Shown: positions 32,968-41,671 of the stretch, one piece after another | How the letters are laid out: the number at the start of each line of letters is the position of its first letter | How positions within the stretch are numbered: position 1 is the first letter of the stretch | Assembly (NCBI GenBank): GCA_963810095.1 | Contig: CAWEMM010000009.1 | Location: forward strand, 1-64,000 | DNA from: an uncultured Chloroflexia bacterium | GTDB taxonomy: Bacteria > Chloroflexota > Anaerolineae > CG2-30-64-16 | Length of the DNA: 64,000 nt | Reading direction: 5' to 3' | Notes under the pieces: model-generated | What the model was told of the DNA's origin: nothing | Database searches by the model: none | What the model saw: the letters and a program-made list of their open reading frames with translations, nothing else | Translations under genes and position numbers: made by a program

Positions 32968-34383
32968 ATGAAAGTGACCATTCTAGCAGCCCTACTGGCT
33001 GTGATGGTGATTGCGAGCGCCTGCGTCCCTATAGCACCGACGCAAAGCGCTCCTCCACCGCAGCCCACCGCTGTACCTGCTGAGCCCACCAAGGCTCCTG
33101 AGCCGATGGCCAAGGACATCGTGGATACCGCCGTCGCTAACGGCAGCTTCACGACGCTGGTTGCCGCCGTTCAGGCTGCCGGCCTGGTCGACACGCTCAA
33201 GGGCGCCGGTCCGTTCACCGTCTTCGCCCCCACCGACGAGGCCTTCAAAAAGCTGCCGGCCGGCACGGTCGAAAGCCTGCTGAAGGATCCCGCCAAGCTC
33301 AAGGACATCCTGCTCTACCACGTCGTCGCCGGCAAGGTCATGGCCGCCGACGCCGCCAAGTTGACCTCGGCCGACACCGTCCTGGGCAAACCGATCACCG
33401 TCAAGGTCGTGGATGGTAAAGTCATGATCAACGATGCCACCGTCGCCGCTGCGGACGTGGCTGCCAGCAATGGTGTCATCCACGTGATCGACACCGTCCT
33501 CCTGCCGCCGGCCGAGGAGGCCATGCCTGCCGAGCCGATGGCCAAGGACATCGTGGATACCGCCGTCGCTAACGGCAGCTTCACGACGCTGGTTGCCGCC
33601 GTTCAGGCTGCCGGCCTGGTCGACACGCTCAAGGGCGCCGGTCCGTTCACCGTCTTCGCCCCCACCGACGAGGCCTTCAAAAAGCTGCCGGCCGGCACGG
33701 TCGAAAGCCTGCTGAAGGATCCCGCCAAGCTCAAGGACATCCTGCTCTACCACGTCGTCGCCGGCAAGGTCATGGCCGCCGACGCCGCCAAGTTGACCTC
33801 GGCCGACACCGTCCTGGGCAAACCGATCACCATCAAGGTCGTGGATGGTAAAGTCATGATCAACGATGCCACCGTCGCCGCTGCGGACGTGGCTGCCAGC
33901 AATGGTGTCATCCACGTGATCGACACCGTCCTCCTGCCGCCGGCCGAGGAGGCCATGCCTGCCGAGCCGATGGCCAAGGACATCGTGGATACCGCCGTCG
34001 CTAACGGCAGCTTCACGACGCTGGTTGCCGCCGTTCAGGCTGCCGGCCTGGTCGACACGCTCAAGGGCGCCGGTCCGTTCACCGTCTTCGCCCCCACCGA
34101 CGAGGCCTTCAAAAAGCTGCCGGCCGGCACGGTCGAAGGCCTGCTGAAGGATCCCGCCAAGCTCAAGGACATCCTGCTCTACCACGTCGTCGCCGGCAAG
34201 GTCATGGCCGCCGACGCCGCCAAGTTGACCTCGGCCGACACCGTCCTGGGCAAACCGATCACCATCAAGGTCGTGGATGGTAAAGTCATGATCAACGATG
34301 CCACCGTCGCCGCTGCGGACGTGGCTGCCAGCAATGGTGTCATCCACGTGATCGACACCGTCCTCCTGCCGCCGGCCAAGTAG
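32968..34383 (+). CDS. Lipoprotein with three fasciclin (FAS1) domains
   Basis: [19 protein letters not shown] lipobox, Pro-rich linker, 3x DIVDTA...[11 protein letters not shown]...ILLYHVV...[13 protein letters not shown]; AAGGAG RBS. Confidence 0.95.
   Translation: MKVTILAALLAVMVIASACVPIAPTQSAPPPQPTAVPAEPTKAPEPMAKDIVDTAVANGSFTTLVAAVQAAGLVDTLKGAGPFTVFAPTDEAFKKLPAGTVESLLKDPAKLKDILLYHVVAGKVMAADAAKLTSADTVLGKPITVKVVDGKVMINDATVAAADVAASNGVIHVIDTVLLPPAEEAMPAEPMAKDIVDTAVANGSFTTLVAAVQAAGLVDTLKGAGPFTVFAPTDEAFKKLPAGTVESLLKDPAKLKDILLYHVVAGKVMAADAAKLTSADTVLGKPITIKVVDGKVMINDATVAAADVAASNGVIHVIDTVLLPPAEEAMPAEPMAKDIVDTAVANGSFTTLVAAVQAAGLVDTLKGAGPFTVFAPTDEAFKKLPAGTVEGLLKDPAKLKDILLYHVVAGKVMAADAAKLTSADTVLGKPITIKVVDGKVMINDATVAAADVAASNGVIHVIDTVLLPPAK
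33100..34377 (+). repeat. Intragenic tandem repeat, 3 x 432 bp (last unit lacks the linker)
   Basis: Units start at 33100, 33532 and 33964; only two substitutions seen among units. Confidence 0.97.
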
Positions 34384-34573
34384 AGCCGGACCGTCGAAGC
34401 CAGGCACGGCCATGGAAACGTGAGTCGTCCTTACACAAGCGGGCCGCCAACAACGGCCCGCGAGTTGTGCCTTTTGCACTCGGGTGCACAGAGATGTGCG
34501 CCTCATCGCCCGAGTTGCATTCCCGTTGCCCCGTACTATTATTCATCGTGTACGACATGATCGCAGGCGTCAC

Positions 34574-35056
34574 ATGGAGAATATGCTGAACACAGAGAAC
34601 AAGACCCCTCGGTCTGAACAGCCCAGTATGGGACAGAAGACCTCCCAGACGCTACAGACGGTCTTGCGCATCCTGTTAGGGCTCTTCCTGGTCTTTGCTG
34701 GAACCAGCCATCTCACGGTGGCGCGGGCCGAGTTCTTGGCGCAGGTGCCGGCCTGGCTGCCGGTGAATGGCGACCTGGTGGTCGTCCTGTCCGGGATCGC
34801 CGAGATTGCGCTTGGGCTCGCCCTGATTTTCCTGGTCAAGCAGCGTGTGCTGGCCGGCCTGGCCGCCGCGGCGTTCTTTGTGCTGATCTTTCCGGGCAAC
34901 ATCTCGCAGTACGTCAACCGGATTGACGGCTTCGGGCTGAACACGGATCAGGCACGCTTCGTTCGGCTGTTCTTCCAACCGGTACTGGTGATCTGGGCGC
35001 TGTGGGCCACCGGGGCCTGGCGGGCGTTGTTCACAAGAAATGCGGAGTCCTCATAG
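34574..35056 (+). CDS. DoxX-like membrane protein
   Basis: AGTSH, VP.WLP, LSGIAEI.LG, IFPGNI, RLFFQP. Confidence 0.8.
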   Translation: MENMLNTENKTPRSEQPSMGQKTSQTLQTVLRILLGLFLVFAGTSHLTVARAEFLAQVPAWLPVNGDLVVVLSGIAEIALGLALIFLVKQRVLAGLAAAAFFVLIFPGNISQYVNRIDGFGLNTDQARFVRLFFQPVLVIWALWATGAWRALFTRNAESS

Positions 35057-35089
35057 GACGCAAACCATCTTCAAAACAGGAGCATCAAC

Positions 35090-35586
35090 ATGCCACGTGT
35101 ATCCCTCAACCAATCCGCACCCGACTTCAGCCTGGCCGACTATCAGGGCAAGATCGTCGGTCTGGCCGACTTCCGTGGGGTGAAGAACGTCTTGCTCGTC
35201 TTCAACCGGACCTTTGCCTGACCGTTCTGCCCGCGCATATGGCGCAGTTGCGCCAAGATTACGCCCAGTTCGTCGCGCGTGACATCGAAGTGGTGGTGGT
35301 CGGGCCCGAGAACGCCCAGGCGTTCGCCGACTACTTTGCCAAGGAAGCGCTGCCGTTCGTCGGCCTGCCCGACCCGACGGCCAGCGTGCTGAAGCTCTAC
35401 GGGCAGGAGGTAAACCTGTTCAAGCTGGGGCGGATGCCCGCCCAGGTGCTGATCGACAAGGCCGGGGTGGCGCGCTACGTGCACTACGGACATGGCATGA
35501 GCGACATCCCCAAGAACGAGGAGTTGTTGGCCCTGGGTGATGAGATCAATGCCGCGTCTGATCCTGAACCAACACGGTCGCTCTGA
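35090..35586 (+). CDS. AhpC/TSA peroxiredoxin-like protein, candidate selenoprotein (UxxC); TGA at 35219-35221, indel near 35231
   Basis: AGGAG-ATG PRVSLNQSAPDFSLADYQG...LLVFNRTFA*PFC, then AHMAQLRQDY...GLPDP...MPAQVLIDKAG..RYVHYG..MSDIP. Confidence 0.85.
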
Positions 35587-35726
35587 TCTTGAAACGGGTG
35601 GAGGCGCAGGGGCTCATCACGAGGTCGGAGACCTGCAGAAATGGACGCACCCATTACCCCAATACGAAGATCATACGACTAGTTACGGATGGCAGTCGCG
35701 GGGTCGGATATCATAAACCGAGCAAT

Positions 35727-35935
35727 ACGAGGCGCCTGGCTCCAGCCAAGCTGCATGTCCGTTGGCGCCAAGGCCTGACGCCACAGGGGCCGATTTCTCC
35801 CCGGCGCTACACCTTGACGCACTCCGACGCCACGGGCGAACTGTTTCTGACGATCGGCGCCGATTATGATCGGAAACAGGTTGGCGGGCTATACACACGC
35901 TTGATGCGCGACGAGGTGCTGGCGGAATGGATGGC
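35727..35935 (+). pseudogene. Staygreen (SGR)-family N-terminal fragment
   Basis: RRLAPAKLHV...PRRYTLTHSDATGELFLTIG..YD......YTRLMRDEVLAEW, then similarity stops; ACG where ATG would be expected. Confidence 0.8.
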
Positions 35936-36295
35936 CGGTGCGACTACGCGGGGCGGCCCGTCCTCATCAATGCCGGGGCCACATGGTGCCCCCCGTGCAA
36001 GGCCGAGCTGCCCGACATCCAGCAGTTGTACCAACGGCACCAGGCACATGGATTTGTTGTGCTGGCAGTCAACGCGGGCGAAGACAGCGCGATCGTCAAG
36101 AACTTCGTCGGGCAGAACTTCTACACCGTCCCAGTGCTGCTTGACCCTCAGACTGCTCTGCTCGATGGCTTTGGCGTCCGCAGCTATCCCACGTCGATCG
36201 TCGTCGGCAGGGACGGCAAAGTGAAGCTGGTGCAGGTGGGCATGCTTACGCCCGACGCGATCAAGAGCGTCGTGGAGCCGATGATAAGCCAGTAA
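35936..36295 (+). pseudogene. TlpA/ResA thioredoxin-like protein lacking its N-terminus
   Basis: DYAGRPVLINAGATWCPPCKAELP...VLAVN...YPTS...DGKV. Confidence 0.75.
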
Positions 36296-36307
36296 GGGGC
36301 CCGACCC

Positions 36308-37204
36308 TCAGACGCTCTGCGTCTCGGTGAGTACATCGCGAAAAGCGCGCGCGGCCGGGCTGAGAGTACGACCGATAAGCCGCACCCGCGTAAAGGTGCG
36401 GCGCATATCGAGGCCTTTAACCGGCAGAATCACGAGTCTGCCGAGGCGGAGTTCATCGACGATCGTCGCGCGCGAGACGATCGCCAAACCCAGTCCGGCC
36501 GCAACTGTTTCCTTGATCGCCTCCGTGCTGCCCAGCTCCACCGTATGCTTCAACTGAATCCCTCTCTGGGCGAGCGCGGCTTCGCCGACTTCGCGCGTGC
36601 CTGAACCCACCTCGCGAATTAGAAACAGCTGGTCTTCCAGCATGCTGGCCGGCAACGGTTCTGCAGCCGCGGTGCGGACAAGGGGATGGCCTGGGGCTGC
36701 GATTAGGACCAACTCGTCAGGCCGCCACGCTTCACACTCGATGCGTTCGTCGGCGACCGGTCCCTCTACCAGCGCGACGTCCAACTGGTACTCGAGGAGC
36801 AGGCCCAGGATGGTCTGCGTGTTCTGGATCGTGAGGCGCAGGTCGATAGCCGGATGGCTGCCCAGAAAGGCCGCAATGACCGGCGGCAACAAGTAGGCCG
36901 CAATCGTCGTGCTCGATCCGACGCGGAGAGTGCCGCGGTGCAAGCCCCGCAGTGCCTGCAAATCCTCTTCGGCAGTCTGCTCGACAGATAGGATGGCCCG
37001 CCCCCGCTCAGCCAGCAGCGCGCCCGCCTCGGTAAGAGCCAGCTTGCCCGCGCCACGCTCGAACAACGGCACACCCAACTGGTTCTCGAGTTCCTTCACG
37101 GCCTTACTGACGGCGGGCTGGCTGATGTACAGAACCTCCGCAGCGCGCGAGAAGCTCATGTGCTGAGCGACGACGGTGAAGATCCGCAGCAGATGCAGTT
37201 TCAC
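36308..37204 (-). CDS. LysR-family regulator (CysL/CbbR-like)
   Basis: SFSRAAEVLYISQPAVSKAVKELE..LG..LFER, GSSTT, REVGSGTR, GSTEAIK. Confidence 0.93.
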   Translation of the reverse strand: MKLHLLRIFTVVAQHMSFSRAAEVLYISQPAVSKAVKELENQLGVPLFERGAGKLALTEAGALLAERGRAILSVEQTAEEDLQALRGLHRGTLRVGSSTTIAAYLLPPVIAAFLGSHPAIDLRLTIQNTQTILGLLLEYQLDVALVEGPVADERIECEAWRPDELVLIAAPGHPLVRTAAAEPLPASMLEDQLFLIREVGSGTREVGEAALAQRGIQLKHTVELGSTEAIKETVAAGLGLAIVSRATIVDELRLGRLVILPVKGLDMRRTFTRVRLIGRTLSPAARAFRDVLTETQSV

Positions 37205-37243
37205 GGTATAACCTCTTCTCATACCCTCATGAAAAAGATGTAT

Positions 37244-37272
37244 TTGAATTATAGCCGCAATGGGAGTAAATT
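37244..37272 (+). promoter_or_regulatory. Putative sigma70 promoter for the TSUP operon, divergent from LysR
   Basis: TTGAAT-17 bp-TAAATT in an AT-rich intergenic region; T-N11-A candidate at 37209-37221. Confidence 0.55.
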
Positions 37273-37320
37273 GTCACGAGCACTGCGAGTTGTTTGTAGC
37301 GAGTGAAGGAGTGAGTTGAC

Positions 37321-38151
37321 GTGCATCCGATACTGTTGTTTCTCGTATCGATTGCGGCAGGGTTCGTCGGGGCGATGAGCGGGATGGGCGGCGGCGTGGT
37401 CTTGGTGCCCGCGCTGACGCTTCTTGGAATAGATATCAAGCATGCCATTGCGATCAGCATCGTCTCGGTGATCGCGACCTCAAGCGGCTCAGCGGCGGCC
37501 TACGTGCGCGACCACATCACCAATCTCAAGGTCGGCATGTTCCTGGAGATGTTTACCATAGTGGGGGCGCTGGTCGGCGCGGCTATCACCGTGGCGATCA
37601 ACCCGAACCTGCTGTTCCTGGCCTTCGGCCTCGTCCTGCTTGCATCATGGACCGCGCTGTTCCTGCAACGCAACGTGGCGTGGACGCCCGTCGCTCACGT
37701 GGACGGCTTCTCGCGCTGGCTGGAGCTGAGCGGGTCCTATTACGACCAGGCCGCGGACGAGCAGATCACCTACCACGCCGGCCGGGCCTACTTCGGCGGC
37801 CCGTTGATGATGGGCGCGGGGCTCATCGCCGGACTGCTCGGCATCGGTGCAGGCGCGCTGAAGGTCTTGATCCACGACCTGGTGATGGGTCTGCCTCCGA
37901 AAGTCTCCACCACGACCAGCAACCTGATCATCGGCGTCACCGCCCTGGCCGGCACCAGCGTCTACCTGGCTGCGGGCATGATCGATCCGGGTCTTGCCGC
38001 GCCGATCATCCTGGGCATCGTCATCGGCGCATTTATCGGCACGCGGGTGCTGGTGCGGCTGCGCAATGAAGCGGTTCGCCGCTTCTTCCTGGTCGTGCTC
38101 TTCGTGCTCGGCGCGCAGATGCTGCTGCGTGGGCTGGGCGTGCGACTATGA
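37321..38151 (+). CDS. TSUP/TauE-SafE family sulfite exporter
   Basis: GAMSGMGGGVVLVP, VIATSSG, GLLGIGAG, STTTSN. Confidence 0.92.
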   Translation: MHPILLFLVSIAAGFVGAMSGMGGGVVLVPALTLLGIDIKHAIAISIVSVIATSSGSAAAYVRDHITNLKVGMFLEMFTIVGALVGAAITVAINPNLLFLAFGLVLLASWTALFLQRNVAWTPVAHVDGFSRWLELSGSYYDQAADEQITYHAGRAYFGGPLMMGAGLIAGLLGIGAGALKVLIHDLVMGLPPKVSTTTSNLIIGVTALAGTSVYLAAGMIDPGLAAPIILGIVIGAFIGTRVLVRLRNEAVRRFFLVVLFVLGAQMLLRGLGVRL

Positions 38152-38672
38152 AGGAAGAACGAACCGCGCCGCGGTCGGTCGAGCAAGACGAGGTCCGAGG
38201 ATCGGAGTGGCGCCCGCGTAACGGCCACGAGACGATCGGGCACGATAACGGCCATACCCCGGCCGCATCGGAAAGCGGCTGGGAGCCGCGCGTCAAGGAC
38301 AAGGGCCGCGAGCAGCTCAACATGGATGTGCTCGTGGGCTACGTACTGGCGGGCGGCGTCATCACGCGATGGTTCTCATTGCCGTCGGGCCTTGTCTGGC
38401 ATTGGGCTACCACCGGCTCCCTGGGGTTGGAGTATAGGTTGGGCGGGATGAACTTCTTCCGGTTCGTCGTGTCTGACGTGGCGACCGTCATCCGCACGGG
38501 CTTCGGCCCACGCCGCATGATCAATCTTGGCATTGCCGTCCTGATGCTCACGCCCTTCATCCGGGTGGCATCGTCTATGGTCTACTTCGGCGTGATCGAG
38601 CACAACTGGAAGTACACGATCTTCACAGGCTTCGTACTCGCCGTTCTGACGTACAGCCTGTTCCTGAGGTAA
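38148..38672 (+). CDS. DUF1634 membrane protein
   Basis: VGYVL.GGV...INLGIAVLMLTPFIRV...Y..FT.FVLAVL.YSL; usual partner of TSUP genes; a local compensated frameshift near 38365-38390 is likely. Confidence 0.78.
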   Translation: MKEERTAPRSVEQDEVRGSEWRPRNGHETIGHDNGHTPAASESGWEPRVKDKGREQLNMDVLVGYVLAGGVITRWFSLPSGLVWHWATTGSLGLEYRLGGMNFFRFVVSDVATVIRTGFGPRRMINLGIAVLMLTPFIRVASSMVYFGVIEHNWKYTIFTGFVLAVLTYSLFLR

Positions 38673-38679
38673 TTGACGA

Positions 38680-39573
38680 ATGAATCCGGTCTTGCTGCAA
38701 CTCGGTCCCTTCCAGGTCCACTGGTACGGGATCCTTATCGTATTCGGCGCCGTCCTGGCCGCCTGGCTCGCCACGCACGAGGCGCGGCGCCGCGGGGAGA
38801 ACCCGGAGCACGTCTGGAACCTGCTCACCTGGGTGCTGATCCTGGGCATCATCGGCGCCCGGCTGTACCACGTCTTCTCCACCCCTACCGGTGACTTCGC
38901 CAACTGGGCGTACTACCGCCAGCATCCAATCGAAATCATCGCGTTCTGGAACGGCGGGTTCCGCGGGCTAGGGATCTACGGGGCGGTGATCGGTGGGCTC
39001 ATAGCGGTCGCCATTTATGCGCAGCGCCACCAGCTCAAGCTCTTGCGCTGGCTGGACATCCTGGCGCCGGGACTGATCCTCGCGCAGGCAGTCGGCCGGA
39101 TGGGCAACCGCATCAACCAGGAGTTGTACGGTCCGCCCACTACCTTGCCCTGGGCGTTCCATATCAACCCGACCTACCCCTGCCAGGAACCGGCCGGGTC
39201 ACCCCAAGCTTGCGGGACGCCCGCAGGCTTGACGGACACCGCCCGCCAGTGGTATGCGACGCACGGCTTCCATCCCACCTTCTTCTATGAGGCGGCCTGG
39301 AACGTCGTGGGTTTCGGGTTGCTACTGCTCGCCGCGCGCAAAGGGCCGCGTTGGCTGCGCGACGGCGACATCTTCTTCCTGTACCTGATCTGGTATCCGC
39401 TGGGCCGTTTCTGGGTGGAGATGTTCCGGCCCGACGCCTGGCGCATGGGTACTTTGGCCACCGCGCAGTGGTTTGCGCTGGCCGGCATGGCGCTCGGCGT
39501 GCTGGGGTTGGTCCTCAACCACCGGGGCAGTAGGACGCAGCTGGAAGCAGAAGCCACGAGTTCGGGAGGCTGA
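38680..39573 (+). CDS. lgt: Prolipoprotein diacylglyceryl transferase
   Basis: HWYG, GARLYHV, GLGIYGAVIGG, QAVGRMGN..NQELYG, HPTFFYE, RF.VE.FR.D. Confidence 0.92.
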   Translation: MNPVLLQLGPFQVHWYGILIVFGAVLAAWLATHEARRRGENPEHVWNLLTWVLILGIIGARLYHVFSTPTGDFANWAYYRQHPIEIIAFWNGGFRGLGIYGAVIGGLIAVAIYAQRHQLKLLRWLDILAPGLILAQAVGRMGNRINQELYGPPTTLPWAFHINPTYPCQEPAGSPQACGTPAGLTDTARQWYATHGFHPTFFYEAAWNVVGFGLLLLAARKGPRWLRDGDIFFLYLIWYPLGRFWVEMFRPDAWRMGTLATAQWFALAGMALGVLGLVLNHRGSRTQLEAEATSSGG

Positions 39574-39714
39574 GACGAGAGAGCCCTCGCTTAGCGCTGG
39601 CAGGGTCTCGTTCAAGCTGACCGAAGACAGCGTCGCCGCTTCAGCACCTATCGCGTTGCTGAAGCGGCGATGTGATCGGCCGACGAGTCTCGCCTAAGCC
39701 CAATCGGCGCGCCC

Positions 39715-40203
39715 TCAGCCAGCCGCCAAGCGATAGAAATCCATCTGATCCAGTTCGATGTGTTCGACCTGAGAGAAGCCCGCCCGTGTCGCTAGGTCCA
39801 GTACCGTGGCTGGCGCGATGCGGTGCGCCAAGGGCGGCCCGTAGGGCTGCTCGCGGTACGGCCACTCGAGGATAGCCACCCGCTGCCGAGCCACCCGCCG
39901 GGCTTCCCGCAAGGCAGCCAGCGGATCGTCGGTCTCGTGCAGCACGTGGCCGAGAAACACCAGGTCGAATGCGCCGTCGTCAAAGGGAAGTTGCTCTGCA
40001 GGCGCTTCTTCGAACCGGGCGCCCGGGGCATATTCGCGGGCGTGAAGCAGCAGTTCCGCATTGGTATCGATACCGGTCACGACGAGCCCGTTGTTAGCGA
40101 ACGCCTCGGCGAAGATACCCGTGCCTGTCCCCACGTCCAATACGCTCTCCACAGCCAGGCCTTCCAGGCTGAGCGCCACCACTCGCGGCACCTCGAGCCC
40201 GCG
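39715..40203 (-). pseudogene. Class I SAM-dependent methyltransferase, 5'-truncated at the duplication junction
   Basis: VLDVGTGTG, LPFDDGAFDLV, VLHE.DD; no ATG or RBS, and upstream sequence is the antisense of the duplicated glucosidase tail. Confidence 0.8.
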
Positions 40204-40372
40204 CGGCGACAACGGCGCGGGGCTGGGCGCCAGCCATCAGACCGGTTGGACGGGGACCATCGCCCGCCTGCCGGACTTGCGTGGCCGGGTCGAGCCGTCT
40301 GATGTGCTGCTTAGGCCGAAGGAACGCACGATCGAACGCCTCGTCCGCGAGCAGGTCGGCGGGAACGAATAG
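40204..40372 (+). pseudogene. Duplicated C-terminal fragment of the GH63-like glucosidase
   Basis: [22 protein letters not shown]...REQVGGNE*. Confidence 0.92.
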
Positions 40373-40464
40373 GCGACTACTATTTCGCGCACAGCCAGCG
40401 GCTGGCACAAGCCTGGATTCGCTCAGCAGTGAAGGCCCTACACCCTTATTACGTCCTTAAGGGC

Positions 40465-40494
40465 CTGACAAGCGGACAGCAAGAGTCGTATGAT
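40465..40494 (+). promoter_or_regulatory. Putative sigma70 promoter, copy 2
   Basis: CTGACA-18 bp-TATGAT. Confidence 0.6.
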
Positions 40495-40565
40495 CAGGAT
40501 GCTGCGGCTGGCCACAGCCCGGTACACGGGTGAAGCCCGTTCGTACCTGCGAAAGGAGAGACCCA

Positions 40566-41000
40566 ATGTCTTTAGGACCCGTCGATTTCATCGCCCTCGA
40601 GTTCCCCGGCAATCGCTTCAAGGGCGAGATCGTGTCCGACCTGCTTGATCTCGTCGAACGTGAGGTAATCCGGATCTACGATCTGGTGATCGTCACCAAG
40701 CGCGTGGACGGCATGGTCGAGGTGCGCGAGCTGCAGGAGCTCGATCCTGCGGAACTGTCCATTGTCGATCCGTTCAAGGCCGAGGTCAGCCACATGATCA
40801 CGGAGCTGGACATCCAGGCGATCGCCGAGAAGCTCGACGACAACAGCACCGCCGCGCTCATGTTGATCGAAAACCTCTGGGCGAAGAAAACCAAGCAAGC
40901 AATGGAAGACGCTGATGGCAGGCTGATCCTGTTCGAGCGCATTCCGCACGACGTGGTCGAGGAAGCACTGGCGGAAATCACGGCGCTGTCCGCGGCCTGA
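40566..41000 (+). CDS. DUF6325-like protein, copy 2
   Basis: Two amino-acid differences from 14948-15382 (P to S, V to I). Confidence 0.88.
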   Translation: MSLGPVDFIALEFPGNRFKGEIVSDLLDLVEREVIRIYDLVIVTKRVDGMVEVRELQELDPAELSIVDPFKAEVSHMITELDIQAIAEKLDDNSTAALMLIENLWAKKTKQAMEDADGRLILFERIPHDVVEEALAEITALSAA

Positions 41001-41020
41001 ACAGACACGGGAGGTCTATT

Positions 41021-41407
41021 ATGATGAGAAGAGGACGAGGAGCGCCGCTGCTACGCAGGACGGTCGCCGTCGCAGCCACGACGGCAGTTGTTGCGGGGAC
41101 GGCGGGCGCGGTTCACCATCACCAGGATCAGAAGTACGCCCAGCAAAACGCGGCCGCCCAGCAGCAGTATGCGGAGCAAGACGCGGCCGCACAGCAGGAA
41201 ATGCAGGCGGCTCAGCAACAGGCCTACGAGCAGGGTTTGGCAGACGCCAAAGCTCAACAGCCCGCGCCCGTAGCGGCTGCGCCCGCACCGGCCGCTGCCG
41301 GGTCTGACCTGACCGCGCAGCTACAGCAACTGGCGCAGTTGCACGATGCCGGCGTGCTGGACGATGCGGAGTTCGCAGCGGCCAAGCAGAAGCTGCTGGC
41401 TGGCTGA
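41021..41407 (+). CDS. SHOCT-domain protein, copy 2
   Basis: Identical to 15403-15789 except in the Pro/Ala linker. Confidence 0.9.
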   Translation: MMRRGRGAPLLRRTVAVAATTAVVAGTAGAVHHHQDQKYAQQNAAAQQQYAEQDAAAQQEMQAAQQQAYEQGLADAKAQQPAPVAAAPAPAAAGSDLTAQLQQLAQLHDAGVLDDAEFAAAKQKLLAG

Positions 41408-41671
41408 GGGCAGGGGAAGGCTTGAGGGTCGCCAGTTCGCTTCTCAGTTCGTTGGAATCCAACGGGCGTCCCTCGAGCCCTCCGGGAGTTAGCGCCGAAG
41501 TTCCACCAAGGCTTGCGACCCTTTGGAGAACGAAACCATGGGTGCTACTTTGAAGGTCCCCCGAGGCAGCCAATCGTGCCGCTCTTCAAGCCGCTTGAGC
41601 CGCGCGCCGATAGCATCACAACAGCCGGCGGCGCCGTAGGGGAGTGAACAGGCACGGTCGTGAGATCGTTT

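Larger units (their letters stand above)
40204..41408 (+). repeat. Copy 2 of the 1.2-kb dispersed direct repeat
   Basis: Matches 14587-15790. Confidence 0.97.

Noticed and set aside
33100-34377. Repeat array considered as CRISPR or mobile element
   Set aside because: Units are 432-bp in-frame protein domains with no spacers and no cas genes.
35589-36224. 211-aa ORF read as a full staygreen protein
   Set aside because: Only about 70 central residues are SGR-like; the rest is upstream non-coding sequence and an off-frame reading of TlpA.
14587-41408. The two 1.2-kb repeats as arms of a composite transposon or att sites
   Set aside because: They encode DUF6325 and SHOCT, not a transposase; no integrase, tRNA, terminal inverted repeats or target-site duplication seen.
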